Positions 1-12,632 of a stretch of 64,000 nt of DNA are shown here, one piece after another; position 1 is the first letter of the stretch, and every line of letters starts with the position of its first letter. The notes below the pieces were generated by a model. It was not told the origin of the DNA, did no database searches, and was given only the letters and a program-made list of their open reading frames with translations. The stretch spans positions 52,266,001-52,330,000 of the forward strand of contig OX597825.1 of the NCBI GenBank assembly GCA_951406725.2. The letters are read 5' to 3'. This DNA is from Octopus vulgaris. Its lineage: Eukaryota. Both the position numbers and the translations under genes were made by a program.

Positions 1-519
1 AGTTTGCAGTGATGTTGGAAGGTGTCAGTTGGTTAGTTCGTTTGGAATATTAGTTGTTGGTTCGTGAAGAGATTGTTGGATAGTCATGCTGTTATTACAG
101 CTGCATTGTCATGTTGTTTACTGTTACTACACTAGTACAGTGTATCTAAACCATCCGTCACAATATCATGGCAGTACCATGACAATTGGTGACGGAGGAT
201 ACAACAATTTCTTTCAAGACAAGCAATTGCATAGTCACCAACAAAAAAGCCTTGAGTATTGTAGCATGTAAAAGGGAACTTGATATAACTATGACATATT
301 AAGGGATCTGATTACAAGAAATTTAAATTTTCAGACCCTGTTGCTATTAATATTCAGGTCAATTTAAACAACAGACCCTTCTCTCAAATTTGTAGTCTTG
401 TCATGACACGATATTTCAGCCATACAATACATTATGAAAAGGTGTTGTGGTGGTGGTGGAATGGCTATCAGCTATTTTATTGATGCTAGACAAACAAATG
501 AAAAAATAACCAATAACAG

Positions 520-910
520 GTATAGTTCCGGTGTGGTTGTGTGATAAGAAATTTTCTTCCCAATCACATGGTCCTGGATTCAGTCCTACTGCATGGCACT
601 ACAGAACTATGTTGACCAAAGTTTTGAGTGTAGGTTGGGTAGATGGAAACTGAGAAAGTGGCCCTTCATATGTGTTTGTGTGTGTGTGTCTACACATGTA
701 TATATCTATGTTTATTTCCCCACCACTGCTTGTCAGTTGGTATTGGTTTATTCACGTCCCTCTAACTTAGTGGTTTGGCAAAAAGAGACTAATAGAATAG
801 GCCTCAGATATAATTAAATAAGCACTGGGATTGACTTGTTCAGCAAAAACCTTCAAGGCAGTGCTCCAGCAAGGCTACAGTCCAATGACTAAAACAAGTA
901 AAAGAAAAGA
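520..910 (+). mobile_element. tRNA-derived SINE (family A), degenerate full-length copy
   Basis: A/B-box-like head (tggttgtgtgataag ... ggattcagtcc), central (TG)n and 3' tail gtgctccagca...gactaaaacaagtaaaag, all shared with many copies in the window. Confidence 0.8.
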
Positions 911-1204
911 TAACATTACTTCTTAACTTATGCACAAAGTTAATGTTTATGAGAGAGGTGTACAGTTAATCAAACTGACTCAGTTCATTACTGGTATTTA
1001 ATGATTTAAAATTGACGAGAGATAGTGATCCACCACCACCACCATCAGTGTGAACACAAAACATAGAGGACTGTGACTACCACAAGGTATTGCTTAGTTT
1101 AACTTCGTCCAGCAACACTAATGATTTCTTTTATCAGATCAAGGCATCAGGGTTATCCATTTAACTGATCCTATGACATGATCACTGCATGATTTGGGTA
1201 CCAG

Positions 1205-1410
1205 ACTGGCAAAATCATTAGCACACCAGGCAAAATGCTTAGTGGCATTTCATCTGTCTTTACATTCTGAGTTCAAATTCTGTTGAAGTTGACTCTACCT
1301 TTCATTCTTTCAGATTAATAAAATGAGTACCAGTTGAGTACTGGGGTCGATGTATTCAATTTACCCACTTCCTAGAAATTGCTGGTCTCATGTCAAAATT
1401 TTAAATCCAT
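1205..1410 (+). mobile_element. Nin/Deu-domain-like tRNA SINE (family B)
   Basis: gagttcaaattc B-box followed by cctttcattctttc...aaaatgagtaccag (Nin-domain-like); better-preserved copy at 15152. Confidence 0.65.
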
Positions 1411-1504
1411 AATCTGTCATAAGCAGGAAAATAAGGTCAACTAATAATGATGATGGACTTGATAACAATGATAGTCATAATGATGATGGAGATGATGAAG
1501 ATGA

Positions 1505-3341
1505 CACTGCTGGATTAACCATTAAGCAAAATAAGCATGTGCTTAGGGCACCAAGGGAAGGAGGGGGCACCACAGAAATGGTAAATGGTTTTTGGCAGAA
1601 AAGAAATCACTTTAAGCTTGCTAAAATAATATTTGGGATACCTTTATCTCTACTAAGTATAGCTGCAGACATGTTACCTAAGATTTTGAGGATCTAATCA
1701 AAGAATTTGCGATTCAAAAAAGTAAGAGGAAACTTTCCAAATATAAATAAAGTGAAAGTATACAAAAATAAACATTATTTTCCCTCTCACTGTTTTGTTT
1801 TGTTTCGAAAAATAAAAATTTATTTTAGAGTTTGCTGTTGTTTATATTTTGAATTGCATAATCTTTTATGGGGGCACCAACATTTTTTAGTGCTTAGGGC
1901 CATGAATCCCAATACGGGGCACATCTCCACTGGTGGGGCAGAGTAATATTTTGGTGAGGCATGTTTAGGGTTATGTTAAATTTATACCTTTTGTACACAA
2001 TGTTTAGTATATCAATAGAGAATGAGTTATTAAAACAAAAAATTCTTCACATCCCTTCTGGGAACAATTTTAGCAAATTTTGGACACTTTAGGGACAACA
2101 GGTCGTTTTCATCTTATTCATAAGATCTGGTGTCACTAAAGATTATTCATGGTATGTGAAAACATGTAGGTAATTACAAACAAGTGTGTGTTTGTGTGTG
2201 CGTGTGTGCATGCATGTATGTAGTATAGAACTGATCAGTACTGAAAGTAATGCCATCTTAATTCCCTATGGAGAAATAAACTGGAGAAAGACTTATGTGT
2301 GCGGGTGTGTCTAAAATATTGACTCTTTTATCTCTGGTGACAAAAATCTAGGTACACAAGAAAAATGTGGTGCTGCAGAGTGGGGCAATAAATGGCGCTG
2401 GGGATGAAGGATGAAGGAATTGAATGGTGTGGAATGAGTTGAAACAGAGTGTAAGTAAGGAGTAGCATCAGTGAAGGAAGAGAAAGAAACAGAGAGAGAG
2501 AGAGAGAGACATAGATAGATAAATAGACAGGTACTGGTAACACACATATATATATATATATATGAACAGAGATGAAAATTAACAGGTCATTTTATTCCCA
2601 CCAGTCAGTTTGTGAATTGAGCAAAAAAGTAAGAAAAAACTTCCATCATTGATACAAAGGCTTTTGCAGCTGAGAAGATTCACAGAATATTTTTGTTTCT
2701 TTTCGAGCATATTTTCCAAAAGTGTATACTGAAATCTTTTTGAAGAAATTGTTGAAAAAATTTGCTTGAACTGAAATCTCTTCGTGTTTAATTCAAAAAT
2801 ACATAAAATGAGTAATGCAAGCAAAGAAAAGTTCATCAATATCCAGAGAAATATTTAAAATTTGGATTTATACTTGCTATCCATGATAAACTGTCACCAA
2901 GTTATGGGTGAAAAACTCGGATATTGTGAATTTTCCAAAGTCCTATCCCCACTCCCCCAGAAAAGATTTTCCCACAAATTTCTTTATAATCGTAATCTAT
3001 GCTGGTTGAAAGGTATTTACATAACATTTTATAAAAAGAAACATTTTCTAAAAGTTATGAGGGAAAAGCATGGATCTTGGGAATTTTCCGAAGTCCTCCT
3101 CCAGCACCGTTACTTTCCGAACATTTTTCATATTCATTTCTTACGCATTTTTTACATGCATTGCACTGTTTTCATTTATTTTGTTTCAGAGTGATATTGT
3201 AAACATGAACTAAATTTTGAATGACAAAAATGAAATATTACAAGGGGGCTGCAGGATTTTAGAAATGATTCGGTGGGGTATGGCCAAAAAGCAGTTGAGA
3301 GTCACTGGCTTAGGGCCTCGATAGATCTTAATCTGGGCCTG
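1505..3341. mobile_element. hAT-like non-autonomous element (outer), interrupted by a second element
   Basis: Degenerate TIRs cactgctggattaa / ttaatctgggcctg; 8-bp flanks gaagatga / ggatatga match at 6 of 8 positions. Confidence 0.6.
1900..3307. mobile_element. hAT-like element (inner) with 8-bp TSD
   Basis: Perfect TSD gcttaggg at 1892-1899 and 3308-3315; right TIR gttgagagtcactg, degenerate left TIR ccatgaatcccaa. Confidence 0.7.
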
Positions 3342-4886
3342 GGATATGATGATGAGTCTGCCTCTTCTGCTTCCACTACTCACAACAGCAATAATAAAGA
3401 TGATTTCTAGCTAAAGCATAAGTTAATATGTTATGAAAGAAGTAATGGTTCAATTGAACTAATCCCAGTTGTTGGCTGGGGTTGTTTTATTGACTCTATA
3501 AAAGTGGAATGTAATGTTGACTATAGTTAGAAGTGAACCAAAAAAAAAAAAAAAACCAGAAAGACACTGCAAACTTTATGAAGTTATTTTCTTTGACATT
3601 CTACTGAATACTCCATTCTAAACACTTCAAATGAGGATTTCTGCATTACATTAACAAACTCAAACTGCCAAAAGTGCTAGATTGCTTCTTTCTTTTCATG
3701 ATTCCATCAGAAAGAAGTAAGTCAAGAAATAGGGAAATGGAAGAACAGTGGAGGAGTGTGGGAAGGATATTGTCCTGTTTGAAGGGATTCCAGTATTTTT
3801 GATCTTTTGACTGAAATATAAATAAGCTAGGATGTCTCTTTAAATATGAAATGCCTTTTAAAGTTTAGCTTCACTCCTTTAAGCTCCTTTCTCTTTTTAT
3901 TACATTTTCCTGCTGTTCTCTTTCTTATACTTGATTTTATTTCCTTCTCTTTCATGTTAGTATATGATGGTCATGTGTGTGTGCATGTGTGTGTTTCAGG
4001 ATGTAACTGGTGGGCTTGCAGTCATTATATATGCAAGCTTCCTTTCAGGGCATAACACCTGTTAAATCTAACAGCAACTTGTCACATTCAACTGCAATTT
4101 GGAAATGAAATATATATGTATGTGTGTGTGGAGAGTGAGTGAGCGAGAGAGTGAGCGAGAGAGAGAAAGGAAAAAAATAAGGAATTTTACTGAAATGGGA
4201 AGAAATAACAAAAAAAAAACAAAACCTCAAAAGTAAAGGAAAACAGAAAATCACTGTTGTCCATTGCTAATCATGCAATGGCTGTCAACAGACTGTAAGT
4301 GTTGAGTAGTTCCTGGTTATTGTAAGATTTGGAAGCTATGGATAACTGTTTTAAGTAGATGTGACTACCAAAACACTTTAACTTTGTGAAACCATGCAGT
4401 ACAGCTTCATAACATATGACACCACCACCATAACTATAACACTCAAAGATCACTTTTTTTTTCTTGGTGGAATTGGTTGTTATTGCTGTCCATAAGAAAT
4501 GAAGTTCTGAAATATATGTCAACTAATCTAGAATTTGTGGTGTAATTATTGTGGCTAAGTTGTGCTTATATCATTCACTGAGGTGTTCAAATTATGAGAG
4601 AAACTGAATATTCTGTCTTTGAATCTCTTATACCAGTCTCCTCAGTAGATATGTCAAAACTTATTCTATGTTCATAAATTATTTCTATGTCTTTGTTGTA
4701 AAATAAATCATGTGATAGGTTATAAATAAACCTGAAGTGAGACCAATAAGTTTTCAAATCAGTCGTTCTGTTTCTTGTAAAGTAACCTGTCAGCTTATAT
4801 TTAGGAGCATAACCCAAATTTTATTCTATCAGGATATATCTCAACGTATTTTGTTTTTACATTTTATCAATATGAAATGTGTTTGT

Positions 4887-5335
4887 ACACACAGAATTGT
4901 TTTCTAATCAAGGTGTGTGGTGTTGTAACTAATTATATCACACAGTATTATCGCTAATTCCTGTGTATGTTGCTATAACCTAATAGTTCCCTCACTGAGT
5001 TGCTGCTAATTATATTCCGCGGTATTGTAACTAATTACATCACACTGAATTGTTGCTAATTGTGGTCTATGGTGTTGTTATCAACTATATCACATACTGG
5101 GTTGTTGCTAATTATGGTCTGTAATCTTGTAACTAATTCTTTTATACACTGAATTGTTGCTTTGTTGTTTTATATATTGCAATTATATCACATGAAATTG
5201 TTACTAATAACAGTCTGTGGTCTTATAACAAAGTATATGACCCACTGAATTATTGCTAATTGTGGTCAATGGTGTTGTAACTAATAGTGTCACATACTGA
5301 ACTGTTGCTAATCAGGCTTTATGGTGTTACCACTA
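4887..5335. repeat. Degenerate minisatellite, ~50-bp unit, about 8-9 copies
   Basis: Recurring cacactgaattgttgctaattgtggtctatggtgttgtaactaattatatca. Confidence 0.75.
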
Positions 5336-5959
5336 AATACCATCTAAAACTGCTAAATAACTGATATAGGTGCTCATGTGGGACAGCAGTTGTAAAATGC
5401 TTTCTTCAAATACTGATTCTTAAATTGGAACATTAATGGTACTTTTAGTATTTTCTTTCACCTTGTCCTGAGATATTATTTGTTTTGATATTATTCATTA
5501 ACCAACAATCAACAATATTTGGTCAAGGTGCTGTCTTTCCACCTCCTCTTCGTTTTTCTCTTCCCTTCTTTCTTCTAGAATCATGTCACTGACTTCCCAT
5601 CTCAGCTGGAATAAGCACGGTAAGTGCCTTGATGGAAATAATGCCCTTTCTATTAGAGAGAGGCAGATCTCTAGTCTGGGGCACAATGTGCAGCATCAGG
5701 TTCTCCAGCTCCATCTTTACAAAATTGGCTGAAAACCCAAGTGTTGCATGTAACATGGAAGAGAGAAAAACCAATAAATGCAGTAGCCTGGCCAGCTGCT
5801 ATCAGTTTGTACTGGTCTATCTTCCCCTGCTTTACCACCACCCCACCCCATACCCACTTTTTTTCCATTTTTTTTCCTTTTTTATCTCACTTCTTTTCTG
5901 TTGCTTGGTATTTAAATGTTCTAATAAAATTTATACAGACACTCATAAGAAAAGAAATG

Positions 5960-6450
5960 GCTTGTGAGGGCAATACAAGCCAAGTACAAAGATACATTAA
6001 GTAAAGTGAGAGTCAAAAATAATTTCAGTGATGAATTTAGTGTGAGGGCTGCAGTCCAACAAGGCTCAGTCTTCAGCTTTCTCCTATTCCTCATTGTTCT
6101 GCAGGCCATCACAGGTGAGTTTAAGGCTGGCTTTCCAGGAGAAATTCTATATGCTAATGATCTAATTCTTATAGCTGAATCTATAAGGGAAATAGAGATG
6201 AAATTAGAGCTATGAAAACTAAATCTAGGATCAAGCAGTTTAACATAAACTTCACAAAGATGAAGGTTTTTTTTTGTAACTAGGAAAGAAGCCAGGACTC
6301 TGGTACCTTCAAGGAAATAGCCTTGCTTAATATGCAGAAAAGGAATAGGTAAAAACTCCATACACTCTCCACAATGTAAGCTAAGGACACACAAGCGATG
6401 TAGTGGAATTGCAGGTAGGTTAATAGAGAACATATGCTTTGTATGTGTTG
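5960..6450 (+). pseudogene. RTE-clade LINE reverse transcriptase fragment with PHD-like finger
   Basis: VQQGSVFSFLLF (QG motif), ILYANDL (YADD motif), then PCLICRKG...QCKLRTHKRC...FVC; contains stops and frameshifts. Confidence 0.9.
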
Positions 6451-6474
6451 TGTATGTGTGTGTGTGCTTGCCTG

Positions 6475-6535
<61 letters not shown>

Positions 6536-6923
6536 GGCCTGGGCATGTTCTTTTCAGTTTATAATTATTCAAATTCTTTCTTTGAAGAAGGAGCTGGTTT
6601 CTAACAAAGATACAAAGCTCCATCTTTGGAATGTAGATAATGGAAACGATGTCACATTTTAAACCTGAGAAAAGTCTTGCATAATTTTTCTGTTCTGCCA
6701 ACAGATTATATTCATAATGTGTGAATCAACTGGTTGATTTCTTTATCTGAAAATCTAAGCATATCTAGACTGACAGTTAGGCATTTACTTACAAAACCAA
6801 AAGCTCAAATTATTATTGGTATAAATGTAAATTTATAATCTGAATATAGAAACTAGAGGTTTCAATGCAGTCGTCCATAGTTATATTCTTTCTCTTTGAT
6901 TCTTAAAGAGATATACACATATA

Positions 6924-7290
6924 GGCACAGGCGTGGCAGTGTGGTAAGCAGTATGGTTCTCAACCACATGGTTCCAGACTCAGTCCCACTGCATAGCATT
7001 TTGGGCAAGTGTCTTCTACTTTAGCCTTGGACCATCCAAAGCCTTGTGAGTGGATTTGATAGACAGAAACTGAAAGAAGCCCATCATATATATATATGTA
7101 TATATTTATGTGTGTGTGTTTTTGTGTCTTTGTTTGTCCCCCCCACCGTCACTTGACAACTAATGTGGATGTGTTTATGTCTCCTGTAACTTAGCGGTTC
7201 AGCAAAAAGACATTGATATAGTAAGTACTGGGCTTACAAAGAATAAGTCCTGTGGCCGAGTGAAACAAGTAAAAAAATAAAAGTATAAAA
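6924..7290 (+). mobile_element. SINE family A
   Basis: ggcacaggcgtggcagtgtggtaag head, ttgggcaagtgtcttc, central microsatellite, gaaacaagtaaaa tail. Confidence 0.85.
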
Positions 7291-7489
7291 GAATATCTAT
7301 CTTGAAGATTATTGTTACTAGAACAATATGTACTCATGTGTAACGAGAGCTTGGTAACATATACCATGCTTTCACTGATTATTTTAAGTGCCTATGTAAT
7401 CATCACCAGACACAGATATCCTCTCACCATTTCACTCCTTGAGCCTATGGATCATCAAGGATGGATGTGATGACTAGGGGACCAGAGGG

Positions 7490-7630
7490 CTGCACCAGCA
7501 ACCAGCTGGTATTCATTACAGTAGTGTGGACTGGAACAACTTGAAATGAAGAGCTTTGCTCAAGGATACAACTTGATACCCAATCCAGGAATTGAAACAG
7601 TAACTTTAAGAGCATGAACCAAACACAAGG
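7490..7630 (-). mobile_element. CORE-like SINE fragment (family C)
   Basis: gtggactggaacaacttgaaatgaagagctttgctcaagga, similar to 15435-15550 and 16610-16655. Confidence 0.5.
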
Positions 7631-8578
7631 TTACAAACTTCCATAAGAAGAACAATAAAATTTGAAAATCTTTTGATATTCGAACCCTCATCAGAAGAAA
7701 GGACAAACATATAGGGTACCAGATCAGAAGAGGACAAATGTATACAATGAGTAGATAAATGAATAATTTGCTCAAATGTGTCAGTTTGAATCCTCAACTG
7801 TCATTTTGTGCTTCATATTAAAACACTTTATCCTATATAGGCTCAGTTTTCCATGCTGTAGGGAAAGCTGCTTTATTTAGACTGGCATCCTACCTTGGAG
7901 AGTAATTTATCTCCCATTCATCCAATATTATAAAATCAGATCAAAGCAGTACCACCTTTGAATTTCACCTCCCACCTCCTAAACTTGGGAATCATTTATA
8001 CATACATACATACATACATACATACATACACACACATATACACAGACACACACATATATATACTTATATATACACATTTATATATATGCATATATATGTG
8101 TGTGCTTGTGTGTGTTTGTGTGTGTGTGTATTCTCATGCAATTAATTATTGCAATCCTCTAAGTCTAGTTAATCAGAACATGCTAGAATTATTCAGCATA
8201 AAATAGTAACAGCAGCAGCTGCAGTGACAACGATAGCAACAACGACATGTTCTTATTATTTCATTATATAATTAAATAATCCTGCCACTAGCAGGTGTAT
8301 ATAATTTCCATATGATCACTTTCTGTTCTGTCTATATAGCACATACAACCATCGACTTCTCTTGTCTCATGCTTAGAGCACAAATAACCATTCACTCTGA
8401 ATAGCTGATTCCTGAATAACCGTCTCGGTGTGTTATTGCAGTTTCCTCTTGCCATAGCATTGAAAATTGGTCAAAACTAATAAAGTGGCTTTAGTAAACA
8501 ATTGCATGATGGAAGTCAATGTAGGGAACTTTGGTGGTGGCGTTGGTAAAAAGGGATTGTAACTTAATAAAATAGCAA

Positions 8579-8999
8579 ATGATATATATATATGAGTGTG
8601 TGTGTATGTATATATATATGTGTGTGTGCATATTTACATGTATGTATATATACACACTCACACAAATGCATATTTATATCTGTGTATATGTATGTTTGCT
8701 TATATATATATATGTGTGTGTGTGTACATGTACATATATATATGTGTATATGAATATATTTATATGTACATATATATGTATATATATGTATATATGTACA
8801 TATATGTATATATATGTGTGTATATATTTATATATATATACATATATATACATGTGTATATATATGTATATATGTGTGTATATATTTATATATACATATA
8901 TATATAAAATATAAATATATATATATATGTTTATATGTATGTTTGTATACATATATATATGTGTGTGTGTATGTATATGCATATATATCTATCTCTCTA

Positions 9000-9032
<33 letters not shown>

Positions 9033-9520
9033 TCACACCCGGGATTTATACGCTTATATGTATGCACCCCTGAATGAATAGTCATACAAATGCAGATATG
9101 CATGTTAATGTTAATTGTGTGTATGTGTGTAATTATCATGCAAATAACTACATAAATGTATAAACATGCACACATGTGTATGCATGCATGCTCACTGCTA
9201 GATGTGCATGTGTTTATACATACATAAATTCACATACATGCATGTCAACATATAATTATCTACACACACGTATTTACATGCTTGCATGTAGCCTTGTGCA
9301 TATGCATGTGTCTGCATATTATATAATACATATCATTCTATGTAGATATATATACAAATATATGTGTGTGTATATATATTTATATATATATATACACGTT
9401 ATATATATGTGCATATTTTTTTTGTAGGCTTACATATTTATACACGTGTACATTTGTGTATATAAGTGCATATAATCATATACATTAACATATACATTCA
9501 CACACATAAATGTGTAAATG
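8579..9520. repeat. Compound (TA)n/(TG)n/(CT)n microsatellite field
   Basis: Directly visible dinucleotide repeats. Confidence 0.95.
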
Positions 9521-11059
9521 TACAGATTGTCTAAACTTTCGCATATGCGCAGAGGGTGTGTGTGTGTGTGAGTGTAGAAAGGAGAGGTGGGTGTAAGTGA
9601 GCAAGAGAAACATAGATGGAGGTATTTATTAGAAATGTTGAACAATCGAGTACAGCAGAGCTCTGGAGTTGATTAATACAAGATGGAGAGAAAATTGTTT
9701 AATAATAAATTAAATATGAATAGGCAAAGATATAATTAAGATATTTGACGCTTGTAATGAGCTCGTTAACACAGATGAAGGAACTAATAACTTCTCATGT
9801 GTGTATGTATGTGTACGTGAGAAGGGACAATTTCTGTGATTGTAATGGTGTGTGTGCGTGTGTGTGTGTGTGTGTATTATTGTGTGACTACTTCCATACT
9901 GCTATGGTGTGTGTCTGAAATAACAAACTTTCTTTCTGTTTGCGTGTATATTTGTAATTATGTATGTGTGTGTGTATGAGTGCTGAGGAACAACTTCTTT
10001 GTATTGCTGTGAATGTGTGTATGTGTGTGAGAGCATGGCATTATCTATACGAAGTCAGCCTTTTATCTAGGCAAGAGGATGTTTTAATGTGTATGAATAG
10101 TATTTCTAAATGTTCAGCATCTATTGATATAATAAATGTATAAGTGTGAGTGTGTGTGTGTGTGTGTGTGTTAATGCATATGTGTGAGTGTGTGTATATG
10201 TGTTTATGCGGCACTGATAAAAATAATATGTTCTAATGTAATTCATGGTTATGGTACTTGTGTATGTGTGTGTGTGCATGCACATGCATGTGTGTGTGTG
10301 TGTGCATGCATGCTTGTGTGTGTGTGTATGCGTGTGTGAGTGTGTGCGCGCGCGCGCGTGTGTGTTTGTGTGTACAGGATTGTAAGTAATTAGTAAAATC
10401 TGTCTCTGATAGATTTACAAACAAAAATAAATTAAAAAATAATAATTCTTAGAAAGGAAGAATATATCCTAACTGGATTATCTGAGGGTAAAGTAAATAT
10501 TTTTAGTTTATATGAAGAGAGGAAAATCTCTGAGTGTAGTGTTTATTGATGATAAAATGTTTGTTGAAGATATAGACTGTGGTGCACTGTCTAGATAAAC
10601 ACAGCCTTGGGGAGTGGGCAGTCGAGTACAGGCTTCATACAGATCAATGTTCTACCAACTGTGTGATGTGGCTGTGTATCAGGTCAACTATATGTATGTG
10701 TGTATGAGTGTGTTTGTGAGTTTATTCCTTGCTAGTGGCCATTGAACTATTGGTGGGCCACTGACCACCACTATGATGGGTTGTGTTTTTCTTGATACTC
10801 ACTATATATAGTAACATAGAATAAGTTCTTGTTTTCCATCTTGCTGGAAGGTATTTTATGTTGTCCCAATTTTTGACAAACGATGGTGTGACTTCTCATC
10901 AAAACAAATATCATATGTTAGTCTCCCCTCTTGGTTGTTAGCAATGTTTTGGATAAGAGCTTGGTTGAGTTTCTTAAAAGCTTGGGATTTCTTGTTGATG
11001 TTCAGCATGGCTTTCATGGCTCTTGTTCTACTGTTGATTTTCTGACTGTTATTGCAGAT

Positions 11060-12325
11060 CATATCTACTGATTAATGGATAAATTAGGAGACGGTTATGC
11101 TGTAGCCTTTGAATCATGCAAAACCTTTTATGGGGTTTGGCATGCTAGTTTGCTCCATAATCTCTCTGCCTATGGTGTATGTGGAAAGGTCTTTGACATT
11201 ATCAGGTCATTTGTTTTGGTTGTTACTTGTGTGTGACTCTGGATGGTGTTACCTCTGAGTATTCAATCAATGCTGGTGTTCCTTAAGGCTCTATTCTTGA
11301 TCCAACTCCATTTCTCTTCTACATCAATGATTTTTCCTGCAAATATTCTTTAATCCATCATCTTTTATGCTGATGATACTATTCTTAACGCTGTTTCTCC
11401 TGGCAATTCCTCTCCCTTGAAACAGTTGACAGTTGTTGCTAATGTTGAGGTAGATCTGCAGGCTACCAAATTCACTCACAAGATGGTAGATGGCCCAGGA
11501 CCACAGTAGAATACTCATGGTTGGGAAGTGACCTGCTTAACCCCCACAGATATGCCTCTACCTATAAGTAAATATTTCAAATCTGGCATGCCTAAATTCC
11601 TGTCTTTCCATAGAAAATTGGATCCCTATCTCTCTAGTTTGCTCCATTGGATCCCTATCTCACATGTGAGTTATAGGTCTGAGTTATCACATGGTGAGAC
11701 TGTCAAACCACTTGAAGAAAAGTCTTTGAAATTGCTTGGCCTTACTTCCTTATCTGATCTTTCTTAGGTTTATTACATACAATCAATTAGTAAGTCTATT
11801 TCCTCTAAGGTCAGGTCATTGTATAAGTCAAAAGACTACTTCATATCAAAGGACTACTTCATATTCAAGGCCATTTTGTATTATAATATCTGCAATCCAT
11901 CCTTGAATGAAAGTGTAGTGTCATATTTGGTCAGGTGTAGCATCTTGTTACTTGGATTTCCTTGACAGGTTTAGAACCAAATCTGTAATTTGAGTGGTCT
12001 CTCTCTTGCTTCAACTCTGCAATCCTTGTCCCATCACATGATGTCGCACATCTTAATCTTTTATATCATTATTGCCACAGGAAGTGATCTGATGAACTTT
12101 TGCTCTCGTTTCCAGATCCCTTTGTGCCGTCTTGCTCGACCTGAAACTCACAGCATCTCCATCCAAATGCTGTTGTGTTTTCATGAATAAGCAAGTCTTT
12201 CTACAGTCGTAGCATTTTACCTTGAACTGCCAGACTTTAGAACTCTCTTCTGTTTCATTGTTTTCCTCCTTTTAATGACTTGAACTCTTTCAAGTCTAAA
12301 GTTAATTCATTCCTTTTGTTTTAAT
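11060..12325 (+). pseudogene. CR1/Jockey-like LINE ORF2 3' portion, degraded
   Basis: GDGYAVAFESCKTFYGVWHASLLHNLSAYGVCGKVF (resembles ALDISKAFDRVWH), INAGVP*GSIL...FYIND, ttttatgctgatgatact (FYADDT), and a C-terminal segment resembling F.PRTARLWNSL. Confidence 0.85.
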
Positions 12326-12514
12326 TTCTTCTTTTACATAGTCCATTATGCTAAGTTGCTTCTCACCTTGTTTGGGACTTTCTTGAGTTAAAAAGTTCCT
12401 GGATCTGAAAAAAAAAAGAACTACTGGTGTTGATTTGTTTGATTTAAACCATTCAAAGCAATGCTCCAGCGTGGCCAGAGGGTAATGACTAAAGCCAATA
12501 AATGATAAAAGATA

Positions 12515-12632
12515 TACTTATAGGTAGAGGCATGTCTGTGGGGGTTAAGCAGGTCACTTCCCAACCATGAGTATTCTACTGTGACTCTGGGCCATTTACC
12601 ACCTTGTGAGTAAATTTGGTAGACAGAAACTG
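12515..12632 (+). mobile_element. SINE family A head with a private internal deletion
   Basis: Head sequence joined directly to ...ttctactgtgactctgggcc...ttggtagacagaaactg; the B-box region is missing. Confidence 0.65.

Noticed and set aside
5498-5967. Overlapping short ORFs in moderately GC-rich sequence, possible host exon
   Set aside because: No recognisable domain or consistent splice signals; probably old transposon debris
7670-7699. Minus-strand hammerhead-like ctgatga-gggttc-gaat-atc
   Set aside because: The GAAA core is mutated and the stems are weak; at best a dead relic
8579-9427. Many ORFs of 60-130 aa ([16 protein letters not shown], poly-I)
   Set aside because: These are translations of microsatellites; the same applies at 6280-6700, 19136, 36924, 40615-41209, 53217-53526 and 58605-58995
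10856-11062. 68-aa minus-strand ORF with protein-like composition
   Set aside because: No motif recognised, and it lies next to LINE debris
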